In this document: in pieces, positions 20,995 through 30,467 of the stretch | Layout of the letters: every line of letters begins with the position of its first letter | Numbering within the stretch: the first letter of the stretch is position 1 | Assembly (NCBI GenBank): GCA_963786955.1 | Contig: CAWBAT010000009.1 | Coordinates: forward strand, 32,001-96,000 | Length of the DNA: 64,000 bases | Direction: 5' to 3' | From: an uncultured Acidimicrobiia bacterium | GTDB taxonomy: Bacteria > Acidobacteriota > Terriglobia > Versatilivoradales > Versatilivoraceae | Made by a program: the position numbers and the translations under genes | Notes under the pieces: model-generated | What the model was told of the DNA's origin: nothing | Seen by the model: only the letters and a program-made list of their open reading frames with translations | Databases searched by the model: none

Positions 20995-21034
20995 CTAACA
21001 ATATTTTGTTAGATGTATTACTGGAATAAATAAT

Positions 21035-22669
21035 ATGAACACTGATAGTTTCGAAACTACTCCCCGTTGGAGAATCAAATCCAAGCAGGGCCGCGGCGCA
21101 GAGGGAAACCAGGGTCTCGTTCTCACTACTATTTCGTCTGCGGTAGCGGATGATCGCGATATTTCCGAAGATTTAGAAATGCAGGACTTGCCTTTGTCGG
21201 TAACGGATGACCCTGAATTCACAGGTGAGGAGCCGCCTGCAACCGCTTTTGAGGGCGAAGCTTCTGAGAATACTGTGACCGCAGTCGATTCTCTCGCGCA
21301 GTACCTGCGGGAAATGGGAACCGTTCCACTTTTGAATCGTCAAACTGAAGTTGCCCTGTTTCGCAAGTTTGATCTCCTTCGCACCTGTCAGACCCGGATC
21401 TTAGGCCGCCTTCCCTTCGCATCGAAGCAGTTCTTGGGGATTGCTGCTGAATTCGCCTCTGAACACGACTTTGATTTTTTTGATACTGTCGAAAAGGCAG
21501 AGCCCGAGCATTTTTCAAAAACACAAATAAAGCTGTTACAGAAATTCACGAAGAAATTTCATTTTCAAGCAGCAGAAATCACGACTCGCGCAAGCAGGAT
21601 TTCGGGCAAAAAGAATAGCCGGAATGGATGCCGGACCATCCGGAAAGATTTTCGCCGCTATCAACAATCCTATGTCCGTCTTGGGCAACTCTGGGTTACC
21701 TTTCGCCCCAGTGAAAGAATCCAGGTTATGATTCTTGAGCGCATCGATCGAATTGCCCAAGAGCTCCGGAGCCTCCATGCCGCCATTGAAAAAAATCGCA
21801 AGAAGGCCCTACTCAGCCAAAATGGCAACTGCCGCCGACTGCGTCTGGAGAAGTGGCACCTTCAAAAGGAATGGCGGAAGAAAGAAGCTGAGCTCGGAGT
21901 GGCCCCGGCTCTCTTTATTCAATATGTGAAAAGATGTCAGGAGGTTACTCGGAAAAAGGAGCAGTGTCGAGACGCCATTATTCAAGCGAATCTGCGTTTG
22001 GTCGTTTCGATCGCTAAGAAATATTACCACTCTCATCTGACCTTTCTGGACCTGATTCAAGAAGGAAATTTAGGGCTGATGCGTGCGGCAGAAAAGTTTG
22101 ACTATCGGCGCGGCATTAAATTCTCTACTTATTCGACGTGGTGGATCCGGCAGTCTATTATGCGTTCGATATTGACCCAAGGACGTACCGTTCGGGTCCC
22201 GGAGCACCTCTCGATGACCGCCCAGAAATTGTCTAAAGCAAAGAAAAACCTGATCGAAAAACTCAGGCGGGAACCGTTCGTCGAAGAAATTGCCAATTCC
22301 ATCAATCTATCGATACCCAAAGCCGTAGCTGCCATTCGATCATCTCAGGAGATGCTTTCGCTCGACTCTTTGAGCGGCCCCCTGGAACTTCAAAAATTGA
22401 GCCAGATTCCCGATTCCAGAGCCTTGAGCCCTGCTGAGTTAACTATCCTCTCTGATCTTGAAGATAAGTGTTCGATGCTTCTTCAAAACCTTACAGAACG
22501 GGAAAGAGAGATCCTCAAGCTGCGCTTTGGGTTTTGCGAGGATGGTGAACAGACCTTGGAGGAAGTGGGAAACAAATTCAGACTGACCCGGGAGCGAATC
22601 CGTCAAATTGAAAAAGAAGCGCTGGCGAAGCTAAGAAATATGGCCCTCCGTTTCCGGAGAACGGCTTGA
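21035..22669 (+). CDS. RpoD/SigA-family sigma-70 factor, divergent paralog lacking a recognisable region 1.1
   Basis: Region 1.2 [11 protein letters not shown], region 2 [13 protein letters not shown]...[33 protein letters not shown], region 4 [17 protein letters not shown]. Confidence 0.9.
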   Translation: MNTDSFETTPRWRIKSKQGRGAEGNQGLVLTTISSAVADDRDISEDLEMQDLPLSVTDDPEFTGEEPPATAFEGEASENTVTAVDSLAQYLREMGTVPLLNRQTEVALFRKFDLLRTCQTRILGRLPFASKQFLGIAAEFASEHDFDFFDTVEKAEPEHFSKTQIKLLQKFTKKFHFQAAEITTRASRISGKKNSRNGCRTIRKDFRRYQQSYVRLGQLWVTFRPSERIQVMILERIDRIAQELRSLHAAIEKNRKKALLSQNGNCRRLRLEKWHLQKEWRKKEAELGVAPALFIQYVKRCQEVTRKKEQCRDAIIQANLRLVVSIAKKYYHSHLTFLDLIQEGNLGLMRAAEKFDYRRGIKFSTYSTWWIRQSIMRSILTQGRTVRVPEHLSMTAQKLSKAKKNLIEKLRREPFVEEIANSINLSIPKAVAAIRSSQEMLSLDSLSGPLELQKLSQIPDSRALSPAELTILSDLEDKCSMLLQNLTEREREILKLRFGFCEDGEQTLEEVGNKFRLTRERIRQIEKEALAKLRNMALRFRRTA

Positions 22670-22781
22670 GGTGTTAGAATGATGAGTACAGACCGGCGCC
22701 GAGAGAACTTGAGCAAGCTGGACAACTCTCCGGCCATCCTGTGATTCGCCGTTTAAGGCAGAATCTGAAGGGAGCGTTACA

Positions 22782-23162
22782 ATGACGAGTCTTCCCGTAG
22801 AAATCAATAATCCCGAAATGCCCCTTTACTCGATTGGCGTCGTGGCTGAACTTCTCAAGGTCACCGATCAGACCCTGCGCGTTTACGAAAAGAACGGCGT
22901 CATCAAACCCACTCGCCGAAATCGGGATCGCTATTATTCAGCCAATGACATTGTCTGGCTGAAGTGCATCCGCCGGTTCATGAAGGTGGAAGGAATTAAT
23001 TTGAAAGGGATTGGGAAGTTGATGAAATTCGTCCCGTGTTTTGATATCAGCCCTTGTAATGATTGTTGTGAGTGTACGGCCTACCTGAAGCGAGGAGTGG
23101 CAGGCCAAGGGCCTACTGGAAAACCCAATATTCTGGTGAAACGGCGAAAATCAACTTCTTAA
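22782..23162 (+). CDS. MerR-family (HspR-like) transcriptional regulator with Cys-rich C-terminus
   Basis: PLYSIGVVAELL...QTLRVYEKNGVIKP.R...RYYS..DI, GINLKGI; tail PCFDISPCNDCCECTAY. Confidence 0.85.
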   Translation: MTSLPVEINNPEMPLYSIGVVAELLKVTDQTLRVYEKNGVIKPTRRNRDRYYSANDIVWLKCIRRFMKVEGINLKGIGKLMKFVPCFDISPCNDCCECTAYLKRGVAGQGPTGKPNILVKRRKSTS

Positions 23163-23180
23163 ACTGAGCTTTGTCTTCAC

Positions 23181-23888
23181 TTATCTCTCAATCGTGAGAT
23201 CAAATTCACCTATCCGTTTGATCTCCCTCGAAGGATTTCCATCCATCTTGATCTTGTACTCACCCGCACTTAGCGCCTCGCGAGTCAATACAAACGTGAC
23301 CAAATTTTCACCATATAGTGTCTTGGGCGGAACTGAAATGGTCTGAATCCAGACCAAATTCTTTTCCTGTGTAATACTCACCTGCAGTTCCTCAAAGTGG
23401 AACGGGGTAAGGTCAAAGGCCAAGACGGATTCTTCCTTATTCCTGAAATCGATGTGGATCAAGTCAGGCAGGCCTGATTTTTTGTGTTCTAAGGAAAGGA
23501 TGGGGGAGATCAAAAGCCCAAGACCTGCTACCGGGTGCTCCCCGACCCGCCCTTGTCCCTGCAACCCCACTCGATAAAGGTCAGTTTCGAGCTTTGAAAT
23601 TAGGGATTTTGACAGAGATAACGACTGATTTGAGCTCCCAAGCTCTTCCCTCAAGCGTTGAATCTTTCTTCCGGAATTGAACCCCTGATACGCCGGGTAG
23701 ACTAAGAAAGCGGCCAACAGTATGGCTCCCAAAGACACCCATGGGGAAATGACCATCCCCTGGATTAAGGTCATTCTATCGCTTTTTGCTTTATTGGCCT
23801 TTACGTTGTCTACCTTCTCAGGCTGTAAATCCGAAGGTCTTGATTGATTATTCTCCAAATTTTGCTCTTCAGTGGATTCTGTCTCCAT
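23181..23888 (-). CDS. Hypothetical single-pass membrane protein
   Basis: RBS-like GAGAG before ATG; one TM helix, short coiled coil, beta-rich C-terminal domain. Confidence 0.7.
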   Translation of the reverse strand: METESTEEQNLENNQSRPSDLQPEKVDNVKANKAKSDRMTLIQGMVISPWVSLGAILLAAFLVYPAYQGFNSGRKIQRLREELGSSNQSLSLSKSLISKLETDLYRVGLQGQGRVGEHPVAGLGLLISPILSLEHKKSGLPDLIHIDFRNKEESVLAFDLTPFHFEELQVSITQEKNLVWIQTISVPPKTLYGENLVTFVLTREALSAGEYKIKMDGNPSREIKRIGEFDLTIER

Positions 23889-24104
23889 ATTCTACTCTCA
23901 GAGAATTGCTCCTCGCAAAGATCGTCATATGTATAAGATTCTCGGAAATTCCGGCCTTTTACAATGCAGCCATCCCGTAGAAACTGGTTCAAAGTAAGTA
24001 ACCATTTGCCAATAAATGGAAATATCATTCACCACAATTATCTCAGGTCGGATGGGCAAGCCACTAGCCTGTTGAAAAACAACCATTTAGCACAAGCGAG
24101 ATAT

Positions 24105-24120
24105 CGGCATGATTCTTGCT
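24105..24120 (+). promoter_or_regulatory. sigma54 (-24/-12) promoter candidate
   Basis: CGGCATGATTCTTGCT matches TGGCAC-N5-TTGCW with exact GG-N10-GC spacing. Confidence 0.6.
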
Positions 24121-24177
24121 TGTGCTTAATTGTTAATTAGTTGTCCCCTCAGTGCTTTCCGTGGAGAACCGAAAGAA

Positions 24178-24362
24178 TGATTTGCATCAATGAAGCCAGA
24201 CTTCTATTACTTCTTGGATGCCTACTTGTGATCGTGAGCTTGTCTCTGAGGCGAACTTTAGCAAGTCCCTCTCAACAGAAGCCTCTTAAGATTACACGAT
24301 TGGCTCGGCATGGTTTGGAATCCATAGGTCTTGATTCCAATGCCAAATTGGGCCATCGATGA
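24178..24362 (+). CDS. Small hypothetical protein with hydrophobic N-terminus
   Basis: ATG 24178 downstream of the sigma54 site; hydrophobic stretch LLLLLGCLLVIVSLSL; ATGA overlap with the next ORF. Confidence 0.35.
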
Positions 24363-24628
24363 AAAGGTACCCAAGTTTTTCGCGCAGATATTTTGAGCAG
24401 AGCTTTCCTAGCCTTCAGAAGCTCACTGACCTTCGCGGAGAACCCCCGTCCGTGCTTCTCACCTTGGATGAAGGATACCGAATTGAGCTCCGTGAATACC
24501 AGTTACGTCCATCGGGCTTACAGATTGAAGGGCCGTCAGGGCCTTATCTGATTCCCTTCCACAATATCCAAAGCATTCAGGTCGTCCCCAAGAAGAAAAC
24601 ACCGAAGAAATCGCCATCCCACAATTAG
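24359..24628 (+). CDS. Small hypothetical protein (beta-rich, Lys-rich tail)
   Basis: 89 aa ORF with protein-like composition (VLLTLDEG, YLIPFHNIQSIQV); fills the gap before the convergent operon. Confidence 0.6.
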   Translation: MKRYPSFSRRYFEQSFPSLQKLTDLRGEPPSVLLTLDEGYRIELREYQLRPSGLQIEGPSGPYLIPFHNIQSIQVVPKKKTPKKSPSHN

Positions 24629-24656
24629 GGTCTGCCTTAGGCACAGGAAATCCAGA

Positions 24657-25471
24657 TTAACGGCGGCACTTGACGATATACCCTGTCCCACAGTCCTTCC
24701 TGAGCCATGGCATTTGAAGTTGCAGCAATGGCCACCAAACCCCTTCAGATAACAAGAGTCTTGGAAGCCTTGAGAACCGACGTGTCCCACTACGGTAGGT
24801 GCCCAAAAAATCAGTCATCAAGGAATTTGACCTCTTTTCAGCTCCACCTGAACTGCTCACTGAGACTTCGGGTGGGGGGGAGGAGAGGTTGCTTCCTTGA
24901 ATTTCTTCGCATCCCTGCTCAACTGAAAACGCGAGGAAAGCGGATAGGTCCAGTTAAGAAGGGGGAAACCATAACACCAAAGTTCCTGCACGCTCAGTCC
25001 TATTTTCCAGAGCTTCTCCAATAATTCAGCCTTCTCATAGCGCCTGGCATGGCCCGCGCGTTTGTCATTTTCAGTCCATTGTTTCATATGAGCTGGCACG
25101 GAAAATACCAAATCCCCCCCTGGCTTAAGCAGTTTTCTCCATTGCCAAAGACACGCAAAATCCTGCTGGTAGTGTTCCAAGACCTCAAAAGCAACAACCA
25201 GATCGAATTGTTCTGTGATGTGGAAAAAGTCAAGCGATCGAAATTCAATCGTACCTTGAGGCGGTAAACGAGTAGCTTGATGCTCCGCAATCAGTTCTGG
25301 ATTGAGATCCAGAACTAATCCATGAAACCCCCGTCTCATGAGATCGACATAAAATTGGCCGCTGCCCACCCCAATCTCCAAAAAACTCCCTGGATGGACG
25401 TCTTTGACAAGCTGCCGGGCTAACCAGCGCCGGTAAAGGTAAGCTAAGGTGGGATTGCCAAACCGATTCAA
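24657..25471 (-). CDS. Class I SAM-dependent methyltransferase, frameshifted at the G7 run 24874-24880
   Basis: LEIGVGSG, FDLVVAFEVLEH, LKPGG, GHARRY in 24857-25471; ORF 24657-24860 supplies a plausible C-terminus (GTGYIVKCRR); one extra C on the coding strand joins the frames. Confidence 0.75.
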
Positions 25472-25475
25472 GTTT

Positions 25476-26291
25476 TCACTCTTTTCTCAAGATTAAGATC
25501 CATACGGGTAGTAACGGGCCTAGCAATTTCAAAAGCCAAGAAGGTAGCCAACTGATGAGTTTAGCCTGACGCAGCAATTGGGGATCACTTTCCAAGAACC
25601 TTTCCGGATTCTTAAGAATCGTCACCGTGACATCTTTTAAGGCAAAGGGACGCGCCAGATCCCTAAGCTTCCCATAGCTCGGCATGTTATCCAGGTAGGT
25701 TTCTCCTCGGCGCGCCAAACGGACATATCGATCTGCCACCGGGCGTGGAATCCAAGATAGAAAAGGCAAGCGGTAGTGTGGCTCCATAATTGAAAATCGA
25801 TTAGGGCAGGCCAGGTAACAGACCCCGTTTTGGCGCAAAACTCTCCACACTTCTTTCATCAACAGCTGCGGAGATGCGACGTGCTCGATCGTGTGATTCA
25901 AGAGAACCACGTCAAACAGGCCCGTGGCCAAGGGCAATTGGCAGGCATCCGCTTGTATGAATTTCAGCAATTCCGAGGCCTTCCAGCCTTCATTATTAAG
26001 ATCCATCCCGACCACAAAATGAAAGACTTGTGCCATTTGATAAGTTATCTGACCCTGACTGCATCCTATATCCAGAAGCAAAGCATGTTCGCATTGCACG
26101 CCTTCCTCGCGCAGGACCGCAATGATCTTCGCCGCCTTGGCCGATCGAGTCGCCAAATACTGCTCGCGAAAGCTGAATCGGTCCAGGAATCGCTCGTCAT
26201 TGACCATAAGATGTTTAAGCCCTTTGCGACTGCTCTGTGCCTTGTTGACCACGAGTGGAGTAGCAACCTTTGTGGGTCCTCCCAACAGCAC
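25476..26291 (-). CDS. Class I SAM-dependent methyltransferase (type 11)
   Basis: LLDIGCSQG, ADACQLP, FDVVLLNHTIEHV, EPHYRLPFLSW; alternative ATG start at 26207. Confidence 0.85.
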   Translation of the reverse strand: MLLGGPTKVATPLVVNKAQSSRKGLKHLMVNDERFLDRFSFREQYLATRSAKAAKIIAVLREEGVQCEHALLLDIGCSQGQITYQMAQVFHFVVGMDLNNEGWKASELLKFIQADACQLPLATGLFDVVLLNHTIEHVASPQLLMKEVWRVLRQNGVCYLACPNRFSIMEPHYRLPFLSWIPRPVADRYVRLARRGETYLDNMPSYGKLRDLARPFALKDVTVTILKNPERFLESDPQLLRQAKLISWLPSWLLKLLGPLLPVWILILRKE

Positions 26292-27433
26292 TATTTTGGA
26301 GAAGCCGCCAATTCTTCAATGGTGCCGGTCAACTTGAGCCAACTATCTCTGGATTGCATTTCCTGAATGGCCAAAACCATTTCAGGTTCCCGGCTGCTTT
26401 GATAAAAATTTGTAACTGCCTGGGCGATCGCTTCAGAACTTCGAGGGGGGATGAGGTACCCTGTCCTTCCATCTTCTACAGCTTCCGGAAGACCGCCCAC
26501 ATTTCCGACGACTACCGGTTTGTCAAATGCAAAAGCTAGCTGCACAACGCCACTCTGCGTGGCCGACACATAGGGAATCACCACGAGATCCGCCGCATCA
26601 AAAAAAACTGAAACTTCTTCGTTCGGAACATATTGGTTGAAAAATGAGACATGGCTATCAATCCCAAGACCCCGAATCAATTCCGTATAAGGAGTTGGAT
26701 CGCCCCAGACTTCACCCGCAATCACAAGGTGGACCGGAAGCTCCCTTAAAAGCAATGGGATACTGCGAAGTAAATACTTGAGCCCTTTATATTCCCGAAT
26801 AAAACCAAAGAATAACAAGACTCTTTCTTCCTTTATCCCGAGTCGGGCACGAGCCTCTTCTTTATTGAGCCGTCCCACCGAAAAAGGTAGGTAGAGCGGA
26901 TGGATACACGCTTTGACTTGGGTTTCCCGAAATTTCCCGAGCCAGGACAACAGATTATTTCGATCCCATTCAGAGTGGGTCAGGTACATGTCCCCGTGGC
27001 TTAAGGCGAGTTTGGAAATCGCTGATTTGAAAAAAGAAGGTTCGTGCTCAAAGACGTTGTGGCAAATAAACAGGACTCTGATATTCTTGAAACGTCTCAA
27101 CCCCAGAAGAAACGTTGCGTAGAATGGAGACCAGTAGACCGCAGACCACGGGAGTATGACCAAATCAGGCCGATTCTGTCCCACTAGTTCAGAGATCTTC
27201 CACCATTGCCGAAAGCTGAGGGCATCAAACCGGCGATCAATTTGTTCTTCGATCAGTGAGACTGCGCTTGGATCACGATCTGTAGCTCCAGGATAGAGCC
27301 AGGAAGGATACTGCCGGGAATACGAGACAAACTGCACTTGATGCCGGGTACGAAGCTTTCGTACCAGGAGCGTGGTGTAATGGGAAATCCCGCCACGGAA
27401 AGGGTGAGTAGGACCTATAACCGAAAACTTCAT
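26291..27433 (-). CDS. Glycosyltransferase family 4
   Basis: PFRGGISHY, LFFGFIREYKGL, ADLVVIPY.SATQSGV, VGGLPEAV. Confidence 0.9.
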   Translation of the reverse strand: MKFSVIGPTHPFRGGISHYTTLLVRKLRTRHQVQFVSYSRQYPSWLYPGATDRDPSAVSLIEEQIDRRFDALSFRQWWKISELVGQNRPDLVILPWSAVYWSPFYATFLLGLRRFKNIRVLFICHNVFEHEPSFFKSAISKLALSHGDMYLTHSEWDRNNLLSWLGKFRETQVKACIHPLYLPFSVGRLNKEEARARLGIKEERVLLFFGFIREYKGLKYLLRSIPLLLRELPVHLVIAGEVWGDPTPYTELIRGLGIDSHVSFFNQYVPNEEVSVFFDAADLVVIPYVSATQSGVVQLAFAFDKPVVVGNVGGLPEAVEDGRTGYLIPPRSSEAIAQAVTNFYQSSREPEMVLAIQEMQSRDSWLKLTGTIEELAASPK

Positions 27434-28440
27434 TACCGCCGATTCTGAACTGACTGGGCTGTTTCTTGGGGTCTGTCGCGTTCAACTTCCTGTTTCCGAA
27501 TTCCATCGATCTCGATCTTGCGCAAACGATAAAGGATATCTTCAGAAAGCCTTCGATTGGCGCCAATCAAATCTGCTACAAGGCCGATCACCATGGTCTG
27601 AAACCCTACGAGCATCAAAATAGCCGCCAGGATCAGGGACTGAATATGTCCCGAAGCCGTAGCCACGATGTAAAAATACAGGTATCGCCCCCCCAAAAGA
27701 AAACCGAGACCAAAGATCGTCCCCCCAATTAACAAGAATACCCGTAAAGGGTTGATCATGGAATAGATTCGCAACAAGGTTGCAGTCGATTTTTTCAAAT
27801 AAACCCAAGTGGACCCAGCCAGGCGAGATTCCCGCAATTTTTCATTGACCCGAATCGGGACTTGCTCGACCGACAGCGGACCGGCCCCGGCATGAACGAG
27901 TGTTTCCAGAGTATAAGAAAACTTCGAATGGACGATCGTGCGTAAGGCAGCTTCCCGGTTAAATGCGCGGAATCCGCTTGTCGTGTCGCGGATCAGAATA
28001 CCCGAAGCTCTACCAACCACCCAACTCCCGATTCGTTGCAGCAATTTCTTAACTGAAGAGAAATGTTTAATCGTTCCAATATCACGAGTACCCACGACGA
28101 GGTCCGCTTTACCTTCCAGAATCGGCCCAACCAACTTCGGAATATCCGCACCACAATACTGATTGTCGGCATCCGTGTTAACGATCAAGTCGGCACCCAG
28201 TTTCAAGCAGGCATCCAAGCCAGTCTGAAATGCAAAGGCTAATCCTTGGTTTTTACTGAATTCGATGATGTGATCGACCCCATACTGTCTGGCGATCTCT
28301 AGCGTAGCATCGGTGGAGCCGTCGTTGATAATCAAGACATCAATCTTGTCGATACCGGGAAGATTCTTAGGCAAATCGGCGAGTGTAGCGGGAAGCGTCG
28401 CCTCTTCGTTAAAACAGGGAATTTGGATAATCAACTTCAT
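27433..28440 (-). CDS. Glycosyltransferase family 2 (DPM1-like) with C-terminal TM helices
   Basis: IQIPCFNEE, INDGSTD, NTDADNQY, DTTSGFRAF, two C-terminal TMs. Confidence 0.9.
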   Translation of the reverse strand: MKLIIQIPCFNEEATLPATLADLPKNLPGIDKIDVLIINDGSTDATLEIARQYGVDHIIEFSKNQGLAFAFQTGLDACLKLGADLIVNTDADNQYCGADIPKLVGPILEGKADLVVGTRDIGTIKHFSSVKKLLQRIGSWVVGRASGILIRDTTSGFRAFNREAALRTIVHSKFSYTLETLVHAGAGPLSVEQVPIRVNEKLRESRLAGSTWVYLKKSTATLLRIYSMINPLRVFLLIGGTIFGLGFLLGGRYLYFYIVATASGHIQSLILAAILMLVGFQTMVIGLVADLIGANRRLSEDILYRLRKIEIDGIRKQEVERDRPQETAQSVQNRR

Positions 28441-28461
28441 CGGAGCTCCTGCTCATCTGGC

Positions 28462-29223
28462 TCAGGGCGTCCGAGCGATGAGCTCAATGACGGCAACCCC
28501 CACCGGGAGCGCCACTGTAGCGAGGACAGGAAGTCGTCTTGGATCATTGCTGAACCAAAGCACGATGTTTCTCTCGGCCGATGAGGAGTCCACTGGTCTG
28601 ATGCGGATTTCCGTTCGATGGCTGTTGAAACTGCCCAGCTTCGTCGTGATCAACTCCAGGGAGACGACTCGTGCCTCCAGCTGGAATGTCCGCCCCCCAT
28701 CCATCACAGGGAATGAAAGCATCATCCCCGGCTTGAGAGCAATCGTGCGCATGGCATAGAGCGCAGAAACGGGATCTTGCGTGCCCGTTTCAATCGCGAT
28801 TTTTTGGGAGTTCTTTTTGGATTTCGTCAGAACCGCATACCGGTTTACCTGGTCAAAATCCAGTTTTTCATCGACAACGCGGGTCTTCTCGGTGAAGTTC
28901 TTCTGAAAGGAGCGAGGCGCCCAAAGTCTCGTATCAAATACCGAAACAAATTCATCTTTGAAATCATACACCCCTGCCAGGGACTGATTTGTCATGGCCT
29001 TCAATACTAACCGCAAACTATCCTTTCTCGTGGAATCCTCGTTACTGACAGTGAGGTCGGCTTTACCGGCTTCGATTACATTCGACCAGGAGATTCGAAA
29101 GGAAAGTTTTTCACCCGATGAGAAGGGGCTATTATCCGAGGGACTCTGGGATCGAAGCGACGGAGAAAACAAGAGGCAGACCAGAGCCAGGGGGAATATT
29201 ATGCAGATCTTCGCTGCCGACAT
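28462..29223 (-). CDS. DUF3108 domain-containing exported protein
   Basis: Signal peptide, PF..GEKL.F.ISW, QDPVSALY.MR, LWFSNDPRRLPV. Confidence 0.75.
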   Translation of the reverse strand: MSAAKICIIFPLALVCLLFSPSLRSQSPSDNSPFSSGEKLSFRISWSNVIEAGKADLTVSNEDSTRKDSLRLVLKAMTNQSLAGVYDFKDEFVSVFDTRLWAPRSFQKNFTEKTRVVDEKLDFDQVNRYAVLTKSKKNSQKIAIETGTQDPVSALYAMRTIALKPGMMLSFPVMDGGRTFQLEARVVSLELITTKLGSFNSHRTEIRIRPVDSSSAERNIVLWFSNDPRRLPVLATVALPVGVAVIELIARTP

Positions 29224-29243
29224 TTTCTTCGTATCCCTCGGTC

Positions 29244-30320
29244 CTAGTTCTTCTGCCTTGTCGGATGTGCCTGGTCATAGTGCAACTTCAACAAATCGAG
29301 TCCCCAGTCACCTTCAAGTCCTCGCCAAACCGAATGGGCGTGATTCGCATTATTTTGAGTATTATCATACTCCACTAAAAACGTGGGCCCTTGGATCCGG
29401 TAATAATGACCGGTACCCGGCTCAAAGCCCCCCGCCCAGGCAAATCGAATCTTATCAGTCCCTGCCTTATGAATTTTAACGATTTCCGGCTCCGCTAGAT
29501 CCTCGGGCAAATTGTGGGCATATTCATCCACTAATTCCATCAAGAGAGTGGCCTGCTGCTTTGTCATCTTGCTGACCGAAAGCCCCTGGGCATTTGCCGC
29601 TTCCACCTTTCGCACGTTACTGGTGATGATGTCCTTGGGGGCTTCCTTATTGATAACGGCAAGTTCGGCTTGTTTCTTATCGAGAGATTTCACAAGGTCC
29701 CGGCCCAGATCCTCTTCCCGGGACAAGACCCGAAGTCCCTCACGCGGTCCTTGCTTGACTTCAGCGGGATTAGAACCCATGAAGGACGGAGCACTGGCAA
29801 TCCATTGTCCGCCGACCACCGTGTAATTGAGGGAAAGATGATGCCCTTCGAATCTCCATCCCCACGTCTTGCTTTCGGAAGGTTCCCCAAACAAAGAGAT
29901 AAAGTACAGATCCGGATCTCGAACGGGACCCTTTCCTTGTTCAAGCTCCTTCAAGATAGATTCCAGGCTCATGATGGTGGTTGCTTTCTGATACCCTCGC
30001 TGGCTCAGCCCGGAGCTGAGGAGCGCATGGGCCAGCTTTTGTTGGCTGGAGTCCAGTTCTTTGAAGGAGATCCCTTTTCGGGGAAACATGGAATCCGGTA
30101 TGAAATGCCAGACCATCCGCTGATCATCTTCAAATTGGAAAGTCGCCTTTGCTCTCTGTTCAGTCGAGAGGGACGCCAGAAAATTGAGACCGGCTGAAGC
30201 CATACTGCGGGAGGATTTCTGATATTGGTAGGATGCATAGGTCCATGAACCGGCTAGGAGCGAAACAAAGGCAACAAGTAATCCCAGCCGTCTGTTCGGA
30301 AAAAACCTTTCCATTTCCAT
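29244..30320 (-). CDS. DUF3500 domain-containing protein
   Basis: FLASLS.EQR, WGWRFEGHHLSLN, YYRIQGPTFLVEYDNTQNNANHAHSVWR. Confidence 0.85.
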   Translation of the reverse strand: MEMERFFPNRRLGLLVAFVSLLAGSWTYASYQYQKSSRSMASAGLNFLASLSTEQRAKATFQFEDDQRMVWHFIPDSMFPRKGISFKELDSSQQKLAHALLSSGLSQRGYQKATTIMSLESILKELEQGKGPVRDPDLYFISLFGEPSESKTWGWRFEGHHLSLNYTVVGGQWIASAPSFMGSNPAEVKQGPREGLRVLSREEDLGRDLVKSLDKKQAELAVINKEAPKDIITSNVRKVEAANAQGLSVSKMTKQQATLLMELVDEYAHNLPEDLAEPEIVKIHKAGTDKIRFAWAGGFEPGTGHYYRIQGPTFLVEYDNTQNNANHAHSVWRGLEGDWGLDLLKLHYDQAHPTRQKN

Positions 30321-30467
30321 TCCCTCCTACCTTCAATCGCCGGTTCAGTGCGGAACCTGTCGGTTTTTGATTATAGGGAAAGAGATTCGGGATAGCTAGT
30401 GTTTCTGTTGAGAGGCCATTCGTGGGAGTCGCCGCCTATTTCCGTAGTGACACCCACTATTTTTGCG

